From Spirochaetota bacterium (lineage in GTDB: Bacteria; Spirochaetota; UBA4802; UBA5550), in assembly GCA_963664815.2 (NCBI GenBank), contig CAXXHB010000002.1, positions 778,421 through 842,420 on the forward strand: DNA of 64,000 nt, in the 5' to 3' direction. The translations under genes and the position numbers were made by a program. Below the pieces are notes generated by a model that saw nothing but the letters and a program-made list of their open reading frames with translations, did no database searches and was not told the origin of the DNA. How positions within the stretch are numbered: position 1 is the first letter of the stretch; every line of letters starts with the position of its first letter. This document shows positions 1-10,638 of this stretch, in pieces.

Positions 1-1799
1 TTGCTGTTTCGTATATTTATGTTATGAGAAATATTAATTATATCGAAAGCGCCTTAAAAAAAGTATATAAAGATAAACAACCCGGGCATGGATTTTTCGG
101 ACATGTGGGATTTCTTACTGACCGTCCGGTTGTTAATAATAAAAAGGTCAGGTACAATGAGGGGGATTTAATAACAGGAACTATTCTCGGTGCATTATAC
201 TCTTATTACACAGCTTATCTTGGGGTAAGGGTGAAAACATTTAATCAGCTTATGTATATTATAAATGAAGAGGGTATGCTTAACGGTTCAGAGAAAGAAT
301 ATACAAAAGAAGCAATAGCTGCAATTGAAAATGAGAGTCATCAGCAGATTACTGAAGGCACCAGGATAAAATCAAAGCTTTCTGAACTTGTGAACATTCC
401 CGGAAAGTATTGCGAAATGGGGAAGAATCTCTCAAAGCGACTGTTTGAGATAGAAGCGCGTGGAAGCTTGAGTGTATGGAATAAGGAATCCCAGTTGAAA
501 CCTTTTTTCAGACTGATGAAAGTTTTTGATGCATATTTGAAGTACATACTTGAAATGCTTGTAACATATGAAAGTTTTGATCTTGAATATGATAATATAA
601 TAATAAAAGGTTATTTTGATAATTTTCCTGATCTAACTAAAGCTGTAGATGATTATCGTTCATTATCAATTGAACTTCAGGGAGTAAGAGGAAAAGATTT
701 GCAGAACTTTAAATACCCATCTGAAACAGAGAAAGATGATTTTATAAAAAAATTGATGGAGTATGAAAATATTTCAACTCTTCCCGGTGAAATAAGGCTA
801 TTGAAAGAAACCTTAAATTTATTATCTGCGCGATGTTATAACTTGTGTATCAAATTTAATAATATACTGAATATTTTTTATCAGCCTGGAAAAATTGAAT
901 CGCGCAATATTATTGAAAATTACAATTTTCTTATTAATGCTAAGATTATTCATCCCAAGGTGCGGCATCTTGAAATGATATTAAATAAAAAAGATGTGTA
1001 TCTTGTTGATTTGTTTGAAGCTGGTTGTTCAGTGGCTGAGTATTTCGCTGAGACATTGATGAACAAGGGGATAAAGGCTGCATTTGATGAAGTTTCAAAG
1101 CTTCAGAAAGAACTTCAAACTTATACAACTCAACCTGGGAATGATACAGGAAGCGTTGAATCCGGGGAAAGCAGAATAGGAGAGGATGATCTGAATTCAG
1201 ACACAGAAAAAATGTATAAAGATGTGCTTACCGGTTTTAAAAGGTGGGAATATTTTGAAGATTTCATTTTGCCTGAAGTATATGATGAAAATGGGATTTA
1301 CAGAAGTGATGAATTGCGGCATGTTTTCTGTGCTGAGTTATATAATCTTGTGGATGTTAACCGTATATGCGGTAAAGATTCAGGAGATCTGGTGTATAAA
1401 AGGATTAGTGAAATTATAAATGAAACACTGGATTCTTCCACAGGCAGCTATATTGTGCTGAGAAGTAATGGAGGTCATATTATCGGTTATATAAACGGTA
1501 TCACTTCAGTAGAATCAATAGATTTACTTTTTAAAATTCTATATCTTGTTAAAGAATACTCTTTGAAAAGCAATATAGAATCTCTCCCTGAGCTTATATT
1601 TAACGCTGGGATTTGTAAGGAAAATAAAGGAACTAGTGCTTTAAAAAATATTGAGTTTGCCCGTAATATAATGATTCAGGGATCGGATGGGCAAACCGGG
1701 CATCTTGCATTTCTGAGACACCCGGACCAGATTGTGAGTATCAAAGACTTTGACCTGAGAGGACGTTTGAGAGAAAACCTTATCTCGGTATTGAGCTGA
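1..1799 (+). CDS. Large helical protein with C-terminal degenerate GGDEF-like domain (possibly 5'-truncated by window edge)
   Basis: The frame is open from position 3 to the ATG at 24. The C-terminus has GGDEF topology (ELYNLVDVNRICGKDSGDLVYKRISE...RSNGGHII...FNAGIC), but the signature is replaced. Confidence 0.6.
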   Translation, partial: AVSYIYVMRNINYIESALKKVYKDKQPGHGFFGHVGFLTDRPVVNNKKVRYNEGDLITGTILGALYSYYTAYLGVRVKTFNQLMYIINEEGMLNGSEKEYTKEAIAAIENESHQQITEGTRIKSKLSELVNIPGKYCEMGKNLSKRLFEIEARGSLSVWNKESQLKPFFRLMKVFDAYLKYILEMLVTYESFDLEYDNIIIKGYFDNFPDLTKAVDDYRSLSIELQGVRGKDLQNFKYPSETEKDDFIKKLMEYENISTLPGEIRLLKETLNLLSARCYNLCIKFNNILNIFYQPGKIESRNIIENYNFLINAKIIHPKVRHLEMILNKKDVYLVDLFEAGCSVAEYFAETLMNKGIKAAFDEVSKLQKELQTYTTQPGNDTGSVESGESRIGEDDLNSDTEKMYKDVLTGFKRWEYFEDFILPEVYDENGIYRSDELRHVFCAELYNLVDVNRICGKDSGDLVYKRISEIINETLDSSTGSYIVLRSNGGHIIGYINGITSVESIDLLFKILYLVKEYSLKSNIESLPELIFNAGICKENKGTSALKNIEFARNIMIQGSDGQTGHLAFLRHPDQIVSIKDFDLRGRLRENLISVLS

Positions 1800-1807
1800 T
1801 TATATAT

Positions 1808-2785
1808 ATGACGGACTTGAGACAAAAAGAAAGAGTAATAGCTTCACTAGTTAATAATGGTTATGATGGATTAAGGCTTGATCTTTATCTTTCAAAAAGG
1901 TTCAGCTATATGAGCAGAACATCCTGGCAGAAAGAGATATCCCTGGGAAAGATTAAGCTGAATGGTCTGGTGATACATAATTTAAAAAAAAGCGTTCATC
2001 CTGGTGACATGATTGAATATTTGGCCGGCAAAATAATGGAACCTGATATTGATCCCAAGTACTCTGTAATTTTTGAAAATGAAAATTACCTTGCTGTCAA
2101 TAAAACCGGTAATCTTCCTGTTCATCCCTCAGGAATTTTTTTCCGAAACACGCTTGTTATGCTTCTCGAAGAATATACAGGGAGAAAATATTTCCCAATA
2201 CACAGACTTGACAGGGAAACTTCGGGAGCGTTGTTACTTGGGAAAAATTCTGAAGCAGCATCTGCAGTTCAGAAAAATTTCAGTAAAACAGCTAGGGAGT
2301 ATATAGCCATAGTTACTGGAGATGTAGCGGAGAGTAATTTTATAATTGATGTTCCTATCGGACCTGCGCGAAATTCTCCTGTAAATAAAAAAAGAGAGGC
2401 ATATGCAGGAGCGGATGAGTCTGCCATGACAGAATTTGAACTGGTTTCAAAATCAGGCTTTTTTTCTATTGTGAGAGCTTTTCCTGTTACCGGGAGGATG
2501 CACCAGATACGTGTTCATCTGAAATATGCAGGTTATCCGATAATCGGAGATAAGATGTATGGGTTTGATGAAACAATTTATCTTGATTATGTGAAAAACG
2601 GAGATAGTGAAATATTAGCAGGGAGAGCCGGTTTTCACCGGTGCGCACTTCATTCACATTCATTTCTCTTTTTTGATCCCTTTGAAAAACATGAAATAAA
2701 GATTGAAGCGGATATTCCCAGTGATATGGCTACTTTTATTAAAAATAATGTTTTTATTAATAAAAACATTGACTCACATGTGTAA
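1808..2785 (+). CDS. RluA/RluD-family 23S rRNA pseudouridine synthase
   Basis: S4 domain (RLDLYL), NKTGNLPVHP, catalytic HRLDRETSG, TGRMHQIRVH, IIGDKMYG. Confidence 0.93.
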   Translation: MTDLRQKERVIASLVNNGYDGLRLDLYLSKRFSYMSRTSWQKEISLGKIKLNGLVIHNLKKSVHPGDMIEYLAGKIMEPDIDPKYSVIFENENYLAVNKTGNLPVHPSGIFFRNTLVMLLEEYTGRKYFPIHRLDRETSGALLLGKNSEAASAVQKNFSKTAREYIAIVTGDVAESNFIIDVPIGPARNSPVNKKREAYAGADESAMTEFELVSKSGFFSIVRAFPVTGRMHQIRVHLKYAGYPIIGDKMYGFDETIYLDYVKNGDSEILAGRAGFHRCALHSHSFLFFDPFEKHEIKIEADIPSDMATFIKNNVFINKNIDSHV

Positions 2786-2821
2786 ATTAAAGATATGAGT
2801 GACATAGTTAAGTAAATAAAA

Positions 2822-4762
2822 TTGATTCAGTTAAAACAGATGTTCAGCAGAATAATTCATATTATTAGTTCCGGTTTCAGTAGACTTAAATTTAAATATA
2901 AGCTTACAATATATTTTACTATATTCGGGCTTCTTGTAGGTCATTTTTCTTTTATTTTTTATACCTCCATTGCAACAAATAATTTAAAGCATATAGTATC
3001 TACAGTTGTAAATGACTGGCTTGAGAACAGTGGTTTGCCGGATGATGCAATTGAATCTTATATCGGGAAATCATACGATGGGAGAATGAATACAGCATTT
3101 CCATTTATATCAGTTTTTAAAGACGGGCCATCCGGCGATCCTCACAGGAACAAGCTTGATTTATATTACTACTCAACGATGGAAAAAAAATGGTTTCGCC
3201 TTTATAGAAATGTTTATGGTTTTATAGCAAAAAGCGACATCGGCATTGAAGAGGAAACTGATGTATATACATTCACAAAGAAAGGAACACTCTCGTCCAC
3301 GTATACACCTTTTTATGGGAAGACCGATAAAATTTATTTCTGGATAAATCTTACACGGCCTTTTGATAAAAACATTTACATTGCCAGGATTGTATCGGAT
3401 AGAAAAGGTGTCATAGCTTTTTTCGGAGGGAAGGAGATTGCTTTACTTTATACGCTTTTTCTTTTTATGCTTTCACTGTTTCTTTCGAGAATTATAGCGC
3501 TTCATATATCAAAACCGATTTTTGAACTTGATAAACAGGCTGCCGGTATTGCTTCAGGAAACCTCAATATCAGGACACATATTCTTTCAATGGATGAATT
3601 TGGCGGACTCTCTGCATCTATCAACAGAATGGCGGACAAGATTAAGGAGGATATCGATAAATTGAATAAAAGAATGGAGGCAATCTCAGTCATGAATAAA
3701 ATCGATAAAGCTGTGTTGTCTTCCATTTCACGTTATGATCTTATTGACAGGGTAACAAATATTGTTTCAGAACTTTTCAGTGAGTGTATGGTAGCTTTGG
3801 GGACAATAGATATTGTAAAAGAAAAATACATAATTCTTTCACAATATATTAAAGGAATTAAAATCACATTTAGCGGGGAATCAGCTTTATCTTTTGATAA
3901 TCTTGGCAGGGATAATCTGGAAAAAAATAAAAACTTCTTCATTCTTGATAAGAATACAGATGGAAAATATCTGGATATTTTAAATAATCTTAATCATCGG
4001 AATTTTTCTTGTATGATTAATCTTCCCATATTTCTTGATGAAGAGTATATGGGTTCACTCATTATAGGAAAAGACTCGGATACACTTTTTACTGATTTTG
4101 AGCTTGATACATTAAAAGCCTTAGCTGATCAGGCCGGTGTTGCCATGAAGAGTGTGAAATATTTCGAGGAAAAGGAGAATCTCTTCCTCGGAATACTGGT
4201 GGCTCTTTCAAAAGCTATAGATGCAAAATCTAAATGGACTGCAGGACACAGTGAAAGGGTTGCATACTATTCTGAAAAACTGGCGATAATGATGGAGATG
4301 GATGAGATCTTTTTAAATAATCTAAAAATTTCAGCAAACCTGCATGATATAGGTAAAATAGGTGTCCCTGAGTTTATTCTCAATAAACCGGAGGTTCTAA
4401 ACAATGAAGAGAAGGAAATTATAAAGAAACATCCCCAAGATGGTTCTGCAATTGTTGAAGAGATTCCCGGTCATGAAAGATTTCTGAACGGGATATTATT
4501 TCATCATGAGTCATGGGATGGAGGCGGTTATCCGTTTGGCCTTAAGGGCAGGGCTATACCTCTCATGGGGCGGCTGATAGCCGTAGCTGATATTTATGAC
4601 GCACTTATTTCAGACAGGCCGTATAGAAACGGGATGAGCACCTTGGAGGCTATTGAGATTCTGATTTCCGAAAAAGGGAAAAAGCTCGATCCGGCAATTG
4701 TTGATCTTATGATTACAATAATTGAAAGTGAAAAAAATAAGAGACAGTTTCAAATAGAATAG
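2822..4762 (+). CDS. Membrane-anchored HAMP-GAF-HD-GYP c-di-GMP phosphodiesterase
   Basis: Two TM segments, HAMP (ISKPIFEL...DEFGGLSASINRMA), GAF, HSERVA, LHDIGKIG, HHESWDGGGYP, ADIYDAL..RPY. The start may be the ATG at 2840. Confidence 0.9.
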   Translation: MIQLKQMFSRIIHIISSGFSRLKFKYKLTIYFTIFGLLVGHFSFIFYTSIATNNLKHIVSTVVNDWLENSGLPDDAIESYIGKSYDGRMNTAFPFISVFKDGPSGDPHRNKLDLYYYSTMEKKWFRLYRNVYGFIAKSDIGIEEETDVYTFTKKGTLSSTYTPFYGKTDKIYFWINLTRPFDKNIYIARIVSDRKGVIAFFGGKEIALLYTLFLFMLSLFLSRIIALHISKPIFELDKQAAGIASGNLNIRTHILSMDEFGGLSASINRMADKIKEDIDKLNKRMEAISVMNKIDKAVLSSISRYDLIDRVTNIVSELFSECMVALGTIDIVKEKYIILSQYIKGIKITFSGESALSFDNLGRDNLEKNKNFFILDKNTDGKYLDILNNLNHRNFSCMINLPIFLDEEYMGSLIIGKDSDTLFTDFELDTLKALADQAGVAMKSVKYFEEKENLFLGILVALSKAIDAKSKWTAGHSERVAYYSEKLAIMMEMDEIFLNNLKISANLHDIGKIGVPEFILNKPEVLNNEEKEIIKKHPQDGSAIVEEIPGHERFLNGILFHHESWDGGGYPFGLKGRAIPLMGRLIAVADIYDALISDRPYRNGMSTLEAIEILISEKGKKLDPAIVDLMITIIESEKNKRQFQIE

Positions 4763-4938
4763 GTTGGATCTTTTTTTATAAGTATTTCTTTAATTTTCGA
4801 ATCGCCTGCCGAAAAATAGATTATATGCGATTCCATAAGAGAATATTCATTCATAATCACAAAAAGCTCTTCATCGAGTTTCGGGTCAAGGAGATCAATT
4901 TCTCTAAGTTTTTTATTCCCTATGTATATGGCTTTCAT
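4750..4938 (-). CDS. Small hypothetical protein (62 aa)
   Basis: ATG preceded by CAGGGA; globular-looking sequence; converges on and overlaps the end of the HD-GYP gene by 13 nt. Confidence 0.55.
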   Translation of the reverse strand: MKAIYIGNKKLREIDLLDPKLDEELFVIMNEYSLMESHIIYFSAGDSKIKEILIKKDPTYSI

Positions 4939-5337
4939 AGTTATCCCTGAACATTTATTTAATTAACGGTTTATATTTAATTTAATATTTGTCCAGTATT
5001 TTAATACATTTTTTTCTGGGGAAAAGTAATTAGTTGAAAAAACATGCAAACTCTAATATGGTTCCGTTTCAAGCGGCAGTATGAATAACGAAAAATTGAA
5101 CATGTCTGAATAATGGCATAAAATGACCTGAGTTAATAGTATTGATTGAGATGAATTGAAGCTACATCAGTAAAAGATTGACAGGATAATTATTCAGGCA
5201 TTTTGTGAAAAATCATTTGCCATGCAACGGTTTTTTAGTATTGACTTTTTTCCTGTGTTTATTGTAATTGCAGAGTGTGTTCCAGTAATTACCGCTGTTT
5301 TGATATAAAAAATTTATTATTAAAAAGAATAAAACTT

Positions 5338-6033
5338 ATGTTTAAATTAAAAAAATATTTTTTTGCAACCATCGCGCTTCTTTTTTCTTTTTATACAATC
5401 AATGGTTTTGCATATAAATTTGATTTTGTTACCGTGAGTGATGTTGTTAACAATATTAAAAAGAATTATAGCGGACTTGAATCGTATCAGGCAAATTTTA
5501 TAATACTCTCTGATAAAGGGGGAAAGAAAAATACGCAGACCGGGATACTGAGATTTAAATCTGCCGACAAACTTATTATGGAATTTCTACAACCCTCAAG
5601 ACAGAAAATTGTATCAGATGGTAAAATGATGTGGATATATATCCCTTCAATGAATGTTGTAGCAGAGCAGGATCTCATGTCGGATTCCGGGCTCTTTACT
5701 TCCGGTTCTGAGGCTGGCTTAAACAGGCTGTTTTCCAAATATCATTACAGGTTTGCTTCGAAAACTGAACCGGAGACTATGGTTGATGGTATCAAAATGT
5801 ATACTCTCGTACTCAAACAAAAAGAAAGCAGGGGAGGGTACAAGACTATCAATCTTTGGATTTCTGAAAACTATTTTATTCAGAGAGCTGAGGGTTTTAC
5901 ATCTTCCGGAAAAAAAGTTGAAATTACACTGTCAGATATAAAGACAAACGTTGATCTGCCGAATGGAATATTCAAATTTGATGTTCCAGCAACGGCAAGG
6001 GTTATAAAAAATCCTATGATATCAGAGGAGTAA
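5338..6033 (+). CDS. lolA: Outer-membrane lipoprotein carrier protein LolA
   Basis: Signal peptide, QKIVSDGKMMWIYIP, C-terminal FKFDVPATARVI; sits upstream of rodZ-rimO. Confidence 0.85.
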   Translation: MFKLKKYFFATIALLFSFYTINGFAYKFDFVTVSDVVNNIKKNYSGLESYQANFIILSDKGGKKNTQTGILRFKSADKLIMEFLQPSRQKIVSDGKMMWIYIPSMNVVAEQDLMSDSGLFTSGSEAGLNRLFSKYHYRFASKTEPETMVDGIKMYTLVLKQKESRGGYKTINLWISENYFIQRAEGFTSSGKKVEITLSDIKTNVDLPNGIFKFDVPATARVIKNPMISEE

Positions 6034-6036
6034 GTT

Positions 6037-7182
6037 GTGGAGAGTATTGGAATTAGGCTTAAACAGGCGCGGGAAGCGAAAAAACTCACAATAAAAAATG
6101 TATCTCTTGATACAAATATGTCTCCTTCTTTTATTGAAGCGCTGGAAGATGAGGATTTTGATAAATTCCCCGGGGAAACATACATAATCGGTTTTCTGAA
6201 AACATATTCAGAATTTCTAAAACTTGATCCTGAAGAGATTGTAATGCTGTATAAGGGGTATAAAATAGGTGAATCAGCTACTCCTCTTGAGGAACTGACA
6301 AGGCCATCCAAGTCACGGTTTGTTGTCAATGTCCAGGCTTTTTATGAGAGGTATAGAAATTTTGTTTTTTTTGGTGGAGTTGCTCTTCTTTCCATTCTTA
6401 TTATATGGGGATTGTGGTGGATGAACAGGGCTGATGTCACTGTTGATGAATCTGATTCCGTAGCACGTATAAAGAAAAATTATGAAGAGAGCCAGAATTC
6501 CAGTATAAAAAATATAAAAAATCTGCAGCTCTCAAACGATAAGGGTTTTACGCTTATTTATAAAGGAGAAGCTGTTCAGTTCCTTGTTGAGAATAAAGAG
6601 GTTGTTTTTCTTCTTAAAGAGATTGGTGATAATAAAGTAACAGTAAATTTTCTGAACAATGATAAAGACATAGTTATGGAAATAGATAAACAGATTCCTG
6701 TTGTTGTTGCCGAATGTCCTCGGGAAATTCTTCTTACATTAAAAGGTCTTACTGAAAGCAGAGCTAAGGTAATGATAGACCTTGGACGTGATTTAAAAGC
6801 TGAGATGAATGCTGCAGCAAATACATCAGGGAACACCGAGGTTAAACCTTTAACCGAAGGTGATAATACAAAGGTCATAGCACAAAGTAATAAAAGTTTG
6901 AAGATTGTTTTTGAAGTAAAATTCATACAGAAATCATTTATTGAAATATATCTTGATGGCAACAGAAAACAGAGAGGGTTTATGCCCGCCGGAAGCGTTG
7001 AAAGATGGGAAGCTTCGGAATATATACAGATGAAAATAGGGAATGCCGGTGGTATCCAGTCTACAATAAATGGTAAAGAATTTGTATTTGGTAAACCTGG
7101 TCAGGTTGCCAATAAAATAATAACATGGAAAAAAGATGTAACAAATCCGAATCTTTATCACATTGATGTTAAGGACTGGTGA
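6037..7182 (+). CDS. rodZ: RodZ-like protein (HTH, TM, DUF4115)
   Basis: IGIRLKQARE...IEALEDEDFDKFPGETYIIGFLKTYSEFL; one TM; C-terminal KIGNAGGIQSTING. Confidence 0.85.
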   Translation: MESIGIRLKQAREAKKLTIKNVSLDTNMSPSFIEALEDEDFDKFPGETYIIGFLKTYSEFLKLDPEEIVMLYKGYKIGESATPLEELTRPSKSRFVVNVQAFYERYRNFVFFGGVALLSILIIWGLWWMNRADVTVDESDSVARIKKNYEESQNSSIKNIKNLQLSNDKGFTLIYKGEAVQFLVENKEVVFLLKEIGDNKVTVNFLNNDKDIVMEIDKQIPVVVAECPREILLTLKGLTESRAKVMIDLGRDLKAEMNAAANTSGNTEVKPLTEGDNTKVIAQSNKSLKIVFEVKFIQKSFIEIYLDGNRKQRGFMPAGSVERWEASEYIQMKIGNAGGIQSTINGKEFVFGKPGQVANKIITWKKDVTNPNLYHIDVKDW

Positions 7183-7185
7183 GAT

Positions 7186-8541
7186 GTGTTTAAATCCTCC
7201 GATCTTTCTTTCTATATTATTTCACTTGGTTGTTCAAAAAACTTAGTTGATTCTGAAAAAATCAATGGGGAGATGATTAGTGCCGGTTTCTCTTCCTCTG
7301 ATGCATCAGAAGATTCTGATTTAATAATAATAAATACCTGTGGTTTTATTCAAACTGCAAAAGAAGAAGCTATCGAGGTTATACTTGATGCTGTCTCAAT
7401 CAGGGATAGTTTAAACAAAAGCCATTTATCTCCGTTAAAAATGTTTCGCCATGCGAAAATTGATACTAAAACATTTAGCCGTAAGGTTGTTGTTACCGGA
7501 TGTTTATCTCAAAGATATTTCAATGAAATAGCGGGTGAAATTCCTGAGATAGATTTTCTCTATGGTATACCTGATGATAAATTCGTAATGGAAATGTGTC
7601 GTAAATTTGGAATAATAACAGGAAAAATTGTCACATCACGAGTAAAACTTTATAACAGTTATCCATATTCATACCTTAAAATTTCAGATGGATGCTCCAA
7701 CAACTGCAGTTATTGTGCGATTCCACTTATAAGGGGGCCACATGTTCCTTTCCCGCCGGAACAGATTATTAAAGATGCAAACGATGTAGTGAATAACGGT
7801 GCACTTGAATTAAATATTATAGCTCAGGATATTGCGGTATACAGATTCGGGGAGATGGATCTTGTTTCTCTTGTTAATGAAATATCCGGAATAGATAAAC
7901 TCCGGTGGATAAGGCTTCTTTACTGTCATCCCGATCACATAACAGATCGGATAATAAATCTCATAGCTGATAATGAAAAGGTGGTTCCTTATATAGATAT
8001 CCCGTTTCAGCATGTCAGCAGGTCGTTGCTGAAATCGATGGGAAGAGACGGCGATAGTGATAAATATATTCAGCTTATTGAGAAACTAAGGGAGAAAATT
8101 CCTCGTATAACAATAAGGTCAACTTTTTTGATAGGTTATCCGGGAGCAGGAGAAAATGAATATCGCGAGTTGATATCTTTCATTAAGATGGCAAAACTTG
8201 ACAAGGTAGGGTGCTTCATCTATTCACCTGAAGAGGGTACAAAGGCTTCTGAATTTCCAGATAAGCTTACTATTGAAGAAAAAAACGAACGGCTAGAGGA
8301 ACTTATGTCACTTCAACTGGAGATTTCCAGGGAGAAACTTAATAAAAAAATCGGTTTTGATATGGATGTGCTTGTTGAAGAGAAGATTGATGATAATACA
8401 TATATTGGGAGAACAGAATCAGACGCTCCTGAGGTGGATGGAGTTTTTTACTTGACCGCCGGCACTGATATAGTTAATAATATTGTTCGAGCCAGAGTAA
8501 CCGATTCTGTTGAATATGATCTTATAGGGGTAATGATTTGA
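7186..8541 (+). CDS. rimO: Ribosomal protein S12 methylthiotransferase
   Basis: SLGCSKNLVDSE, INTCGFI, radical-SAM GCSNNCSYCAIP, TRAM domain with DAPEVDG. Confidence 0.95.
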   Translation: MFKSSDLSFYIISLGCSKNLVDSEKINGEMISAGFSSSDASEDSDLIIINTCGFIQTAKEEAIEVILDAVSIRDSLNKSHLSPLKMFRHAKIDTKTFSRKVVVTGCLSQRYFNEIAGEIPEIDFLYGIPDDKFVMEMCRKFGIITGKIVTSRVKLYNSYPYSYLKISDGCSNNCSYCAIPLIRGPHVPFPPEQIIKDANDVVNNGALELNIIAQDIAVYRFGEMDLVSLVNEISGIDKLRWIRLLYCHPDHITDRIINLIADNEKVVPYIDIPFQHVSRSLLKSMGRDGDSDKYIQLIEKLREKIPRITIRSTFLIGYPGAGENEYRELISFIKMAKLDKVGCFIYSPEEGTKASEFPDKLTIEEKNERLEELMSLQLEISREKLNKKIGFDMDVLVEEKIDDNTYIGRTESDAPEVDGVFYLTAGTDIVNNIVRARVTDSVEYDLIGVMI

Positions 8542-9143
8542 AATTGACAGGGGATAAATTAAGTCTGCCAAATATTTTTTCATACCTGAGAATAATTTTG
8601 ATTCCATTTATAATTTATTTTCTGACAATAAGGACTGTTGAATACCTGATATATGCTCTTCTCATTTTCGGGTTTGCTTCATTAACAGATTTTATTGATG
8701 GTTGGCTTGCGCGAAAACTGAAACAGGAATCTGAGTTTGGAAAATTTATAGATCCACTTGCAGACAAATTTCTTGTAATATCCTCACTCATAGCCATTAT
8801 AGCCATTGACCCCTATTTTGAAGTTTTTGATTCATGGATGATTGTAATTATTGCAGGAAGAGATATTCTTATTACGGTGATGAGGTGGTTTGCTATAAAA
8901 AAAGGTAAACCGCTACGCACAAGCAGATTTGGAAAATTTAAAACTGCATTCCAGATGCTTTCAATTGTTATTATTATAATGATTTATATGTCAAAGAGAA
9001 GCGGTTTTATCGACACACATGAATCAATCCCTTACTGGATTATGCTTACTGTAACTTTAATGACAGCGCTTTCCGGAGTGCGGTATATTGTTACAAACTG
9101 GCAACTTTTTTTCCCCGCTAAAAAAAATTCCGAGGTCAGATGA
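8538..9143 (+). CDS. pgsA: CDP-diacylglycerol--glycerol-3-phosphate 3-phosphatidyltransferase
   Basis: LPNIFSYLRI, DFIDGWLARK...FGKFIDPLADK, GKFKTAFQM; lies between rimO and pgpA. Confidence 0.9.
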   Translation: MKLTGDKLSLPNIFSYLRIILIPFIIYFLTIRTVEYLIYALLIFGFASLTDFIDGWLARKLKQESEFGKFIDPLADKFLVISSLIAIIAIDPYFEVFDSWMIVIIAGRDILITVMRWFAIKKGKPLRTSRFGKFKTAFQMLSIVIIIMIYMSKRSGFIDTHESIPYWIMLTVTLMTALSGVRYIVTNWQLFFPAKKNSEVR

Positions 9144-9631
9144 AAATAAAAGAATTCTTCTTTACCGTTTTTTATTCAGGTTATTCCCCGGTAGCTCCAG
9201 GAACTGCAGGCACCATTGTTGCCATGGCAATTTATATGTTGGAAAATCTTATATTTTCAGATTCAGATCCATTTGTTTTAAATGTTTGCAATCTGGTAAT
9301 TATAATACTGCTGATTTATCCGTCGATAAAACTTGGTGATGCTGCTGAAAAATTTTATGGGTCCAAAGATCCACAGCAGGTTGTTCTTGATGAAGTTCTT
9401 GGTTACTGGATTGGAATTCTTTTTATTCCATTTAGCTTTTCATATGCTCTTTTGGCATTCATTGTTTTCAGGGGATTTGATATTATTAAACCTTTCCCGG
9501 CAGGTTTGCTTGAATCCCTGACCGGGGGATTAGGGATCATGATAGATGATATTATAGCAGGACTTTACACTCTTGCAGTTATGCATGCTGTTGTTTATTT
9601 TTTTAATTACTACAATATTATTCTGCCATAG
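9140..9631 (+). CDS. pgpA: Phosphatidylglycerophosphatase A
   Basis: SPVAPGTAGT, KDPQQVVLDE, FRGFDIIKPFP, GIMIDDIIAG. Confidence 0.93.
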   Translation: MKIKEFFFTVFYSGYSPVAPGTAGTIVAMAIYMLENLIFSDSDPFVLNVCNLVIIILLIYPSIKLGDAAEKFYGSKDPQQVVLDEVLGYWIGILFIPFSFSYALLAFIVFRGFDIIKPFPAGLLESLTGGLGIMIDDIIAGLYTLAVMHAVVYFFNYYNIILP

Positions 9632-9668
9632 ATTATAATAAAAAATATTTATCCCGAGGAGTTTTCTG

Positions 9669-10124
9669 ATGATGATAAAGAAACATATATTTTCATGTTT
9701 ACTTCTGGTTTTTATTATCGGTGTTCCGATTTTTCCTCAAAATCAGACACCGGTAGATAACACAACGACAAAAACAGCACTCAATCAGGATGAGTTATCA
9801 TCTATAGAAAAAAGATTTAAATCAATCGATGAGTCTATAGTTTATCTAAAAAAGAAAAATGTAGATATAAATGATATAATTACAATGTATGCAGATGCGG
9901 AAAACATGCTCAAGGAATTAAAGTATAACTCTGAATTGAAAGATTACTACATGACCTTAAGATATTTGGCAGATAAACTGTCAATTATAGATGAAAAAAC
10001 TTCTGAAAGATTAACACTTGCCAAAAGGATGAATCTTATATATATTCTAATGGTAGGGATGGGATTGAGTATTGTTTTAATAATGGGACTATACTCTATA
10101 TATATGTATTTAGGGAGAAAGTAA
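9669..10124 (+). CDS. Hypothetical protein (signal peptide, helical, C-terminal TM)
   Basis: RBS GAGGAG; hydrophobic N- and C-termini; operon spacing. Confidence 0.75.
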   Translation: MMIKKHIFSCLLLVFIIGVPIFPQNQTPVDNTTTKTALNQDELSSIEKRFKSIDESIVYLKKKNVDINDIITMYADAENMLKELKYNSELKDYYMTLRYLADKLSIIDEKTSERLTLAKRMNLIYILMVGMGLSIVLIMGLYSIYMYLGRK

Positions 10125-10129
10125 ACTGA

Positions 10130-10618
10130 TTGGAAAGAAATTATCTATTCAATACAGAAAAGATAAAATATGTGAAAGGAGACAAGCCTTCAGTAGATTG
10201 TATCCTCTGTGCCATAAGGGACTCAAATCCTCTTGTAAAAAATCTTAATGTCTACACTACTGATAAGTTTATAATTGCAGTGAATCTTTTTCCCTTTAAT
10301 CCGGGTCATGTTATGATTTTTCCTAAAAGACATATATGTAATATTAAAGAATTGACCAACACCGAGGCACTGGAAATGCATTCCCTGCTGGTTAAAACTA
10401 TCGGATTTATTGATGAGGAGTTCAATCCATCCGGATATAATATTGGATATAATCTGGGTGATGGGAGTGGGGCGAGTATACCTCATCTTCATCAGCATAT
10501 AGTGCCAAGGTATTCGAATGAAGTAGGTTTTCTTGATGTGCTTTCAGGAACAAGGGTTGTTGTAAGCGATCCGGTTGATGTTATGAAAAAACTAAAGCTC
10601 AGGTTCAATATGCTGTAG
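10130..10618 (+). CDS. HIT-family (Ap4A hydrolase/phosphorylase-like) protein
   Basis: CILC, NLFPFNPGHVM, histidine triad HLHQHIVPR. Confidence 0.9.
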   Translation: MERNYLFNTEKIKYVKGDKPSVDCILCAIRDSNPLVKNLNVYTTDKFIIAVNLFPFNPGHVMIFPKRHICNIKELTNTEALEMHSLLVKTIGFIDEEFNPSGYNIGYNLGDGSGASIPHLHQHIVPRYSNEVGFLDVLSGTRVVVSDPVDVMKKLKLRFNML

Positions 10619-10638
10619 TTAGAAACACGGAGGTATCG

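Noticed and set aside
5338-8541. lolA, rodZ and rimO share one frame, each separated by a stop plus one codon (rodZ ends in TGA): possible readthrough or selenocysteine fusion
   Set aside because: Each is a complete known protein with a different localisation; no SECIS-like hairpin evident; ordinary tight operon spacing
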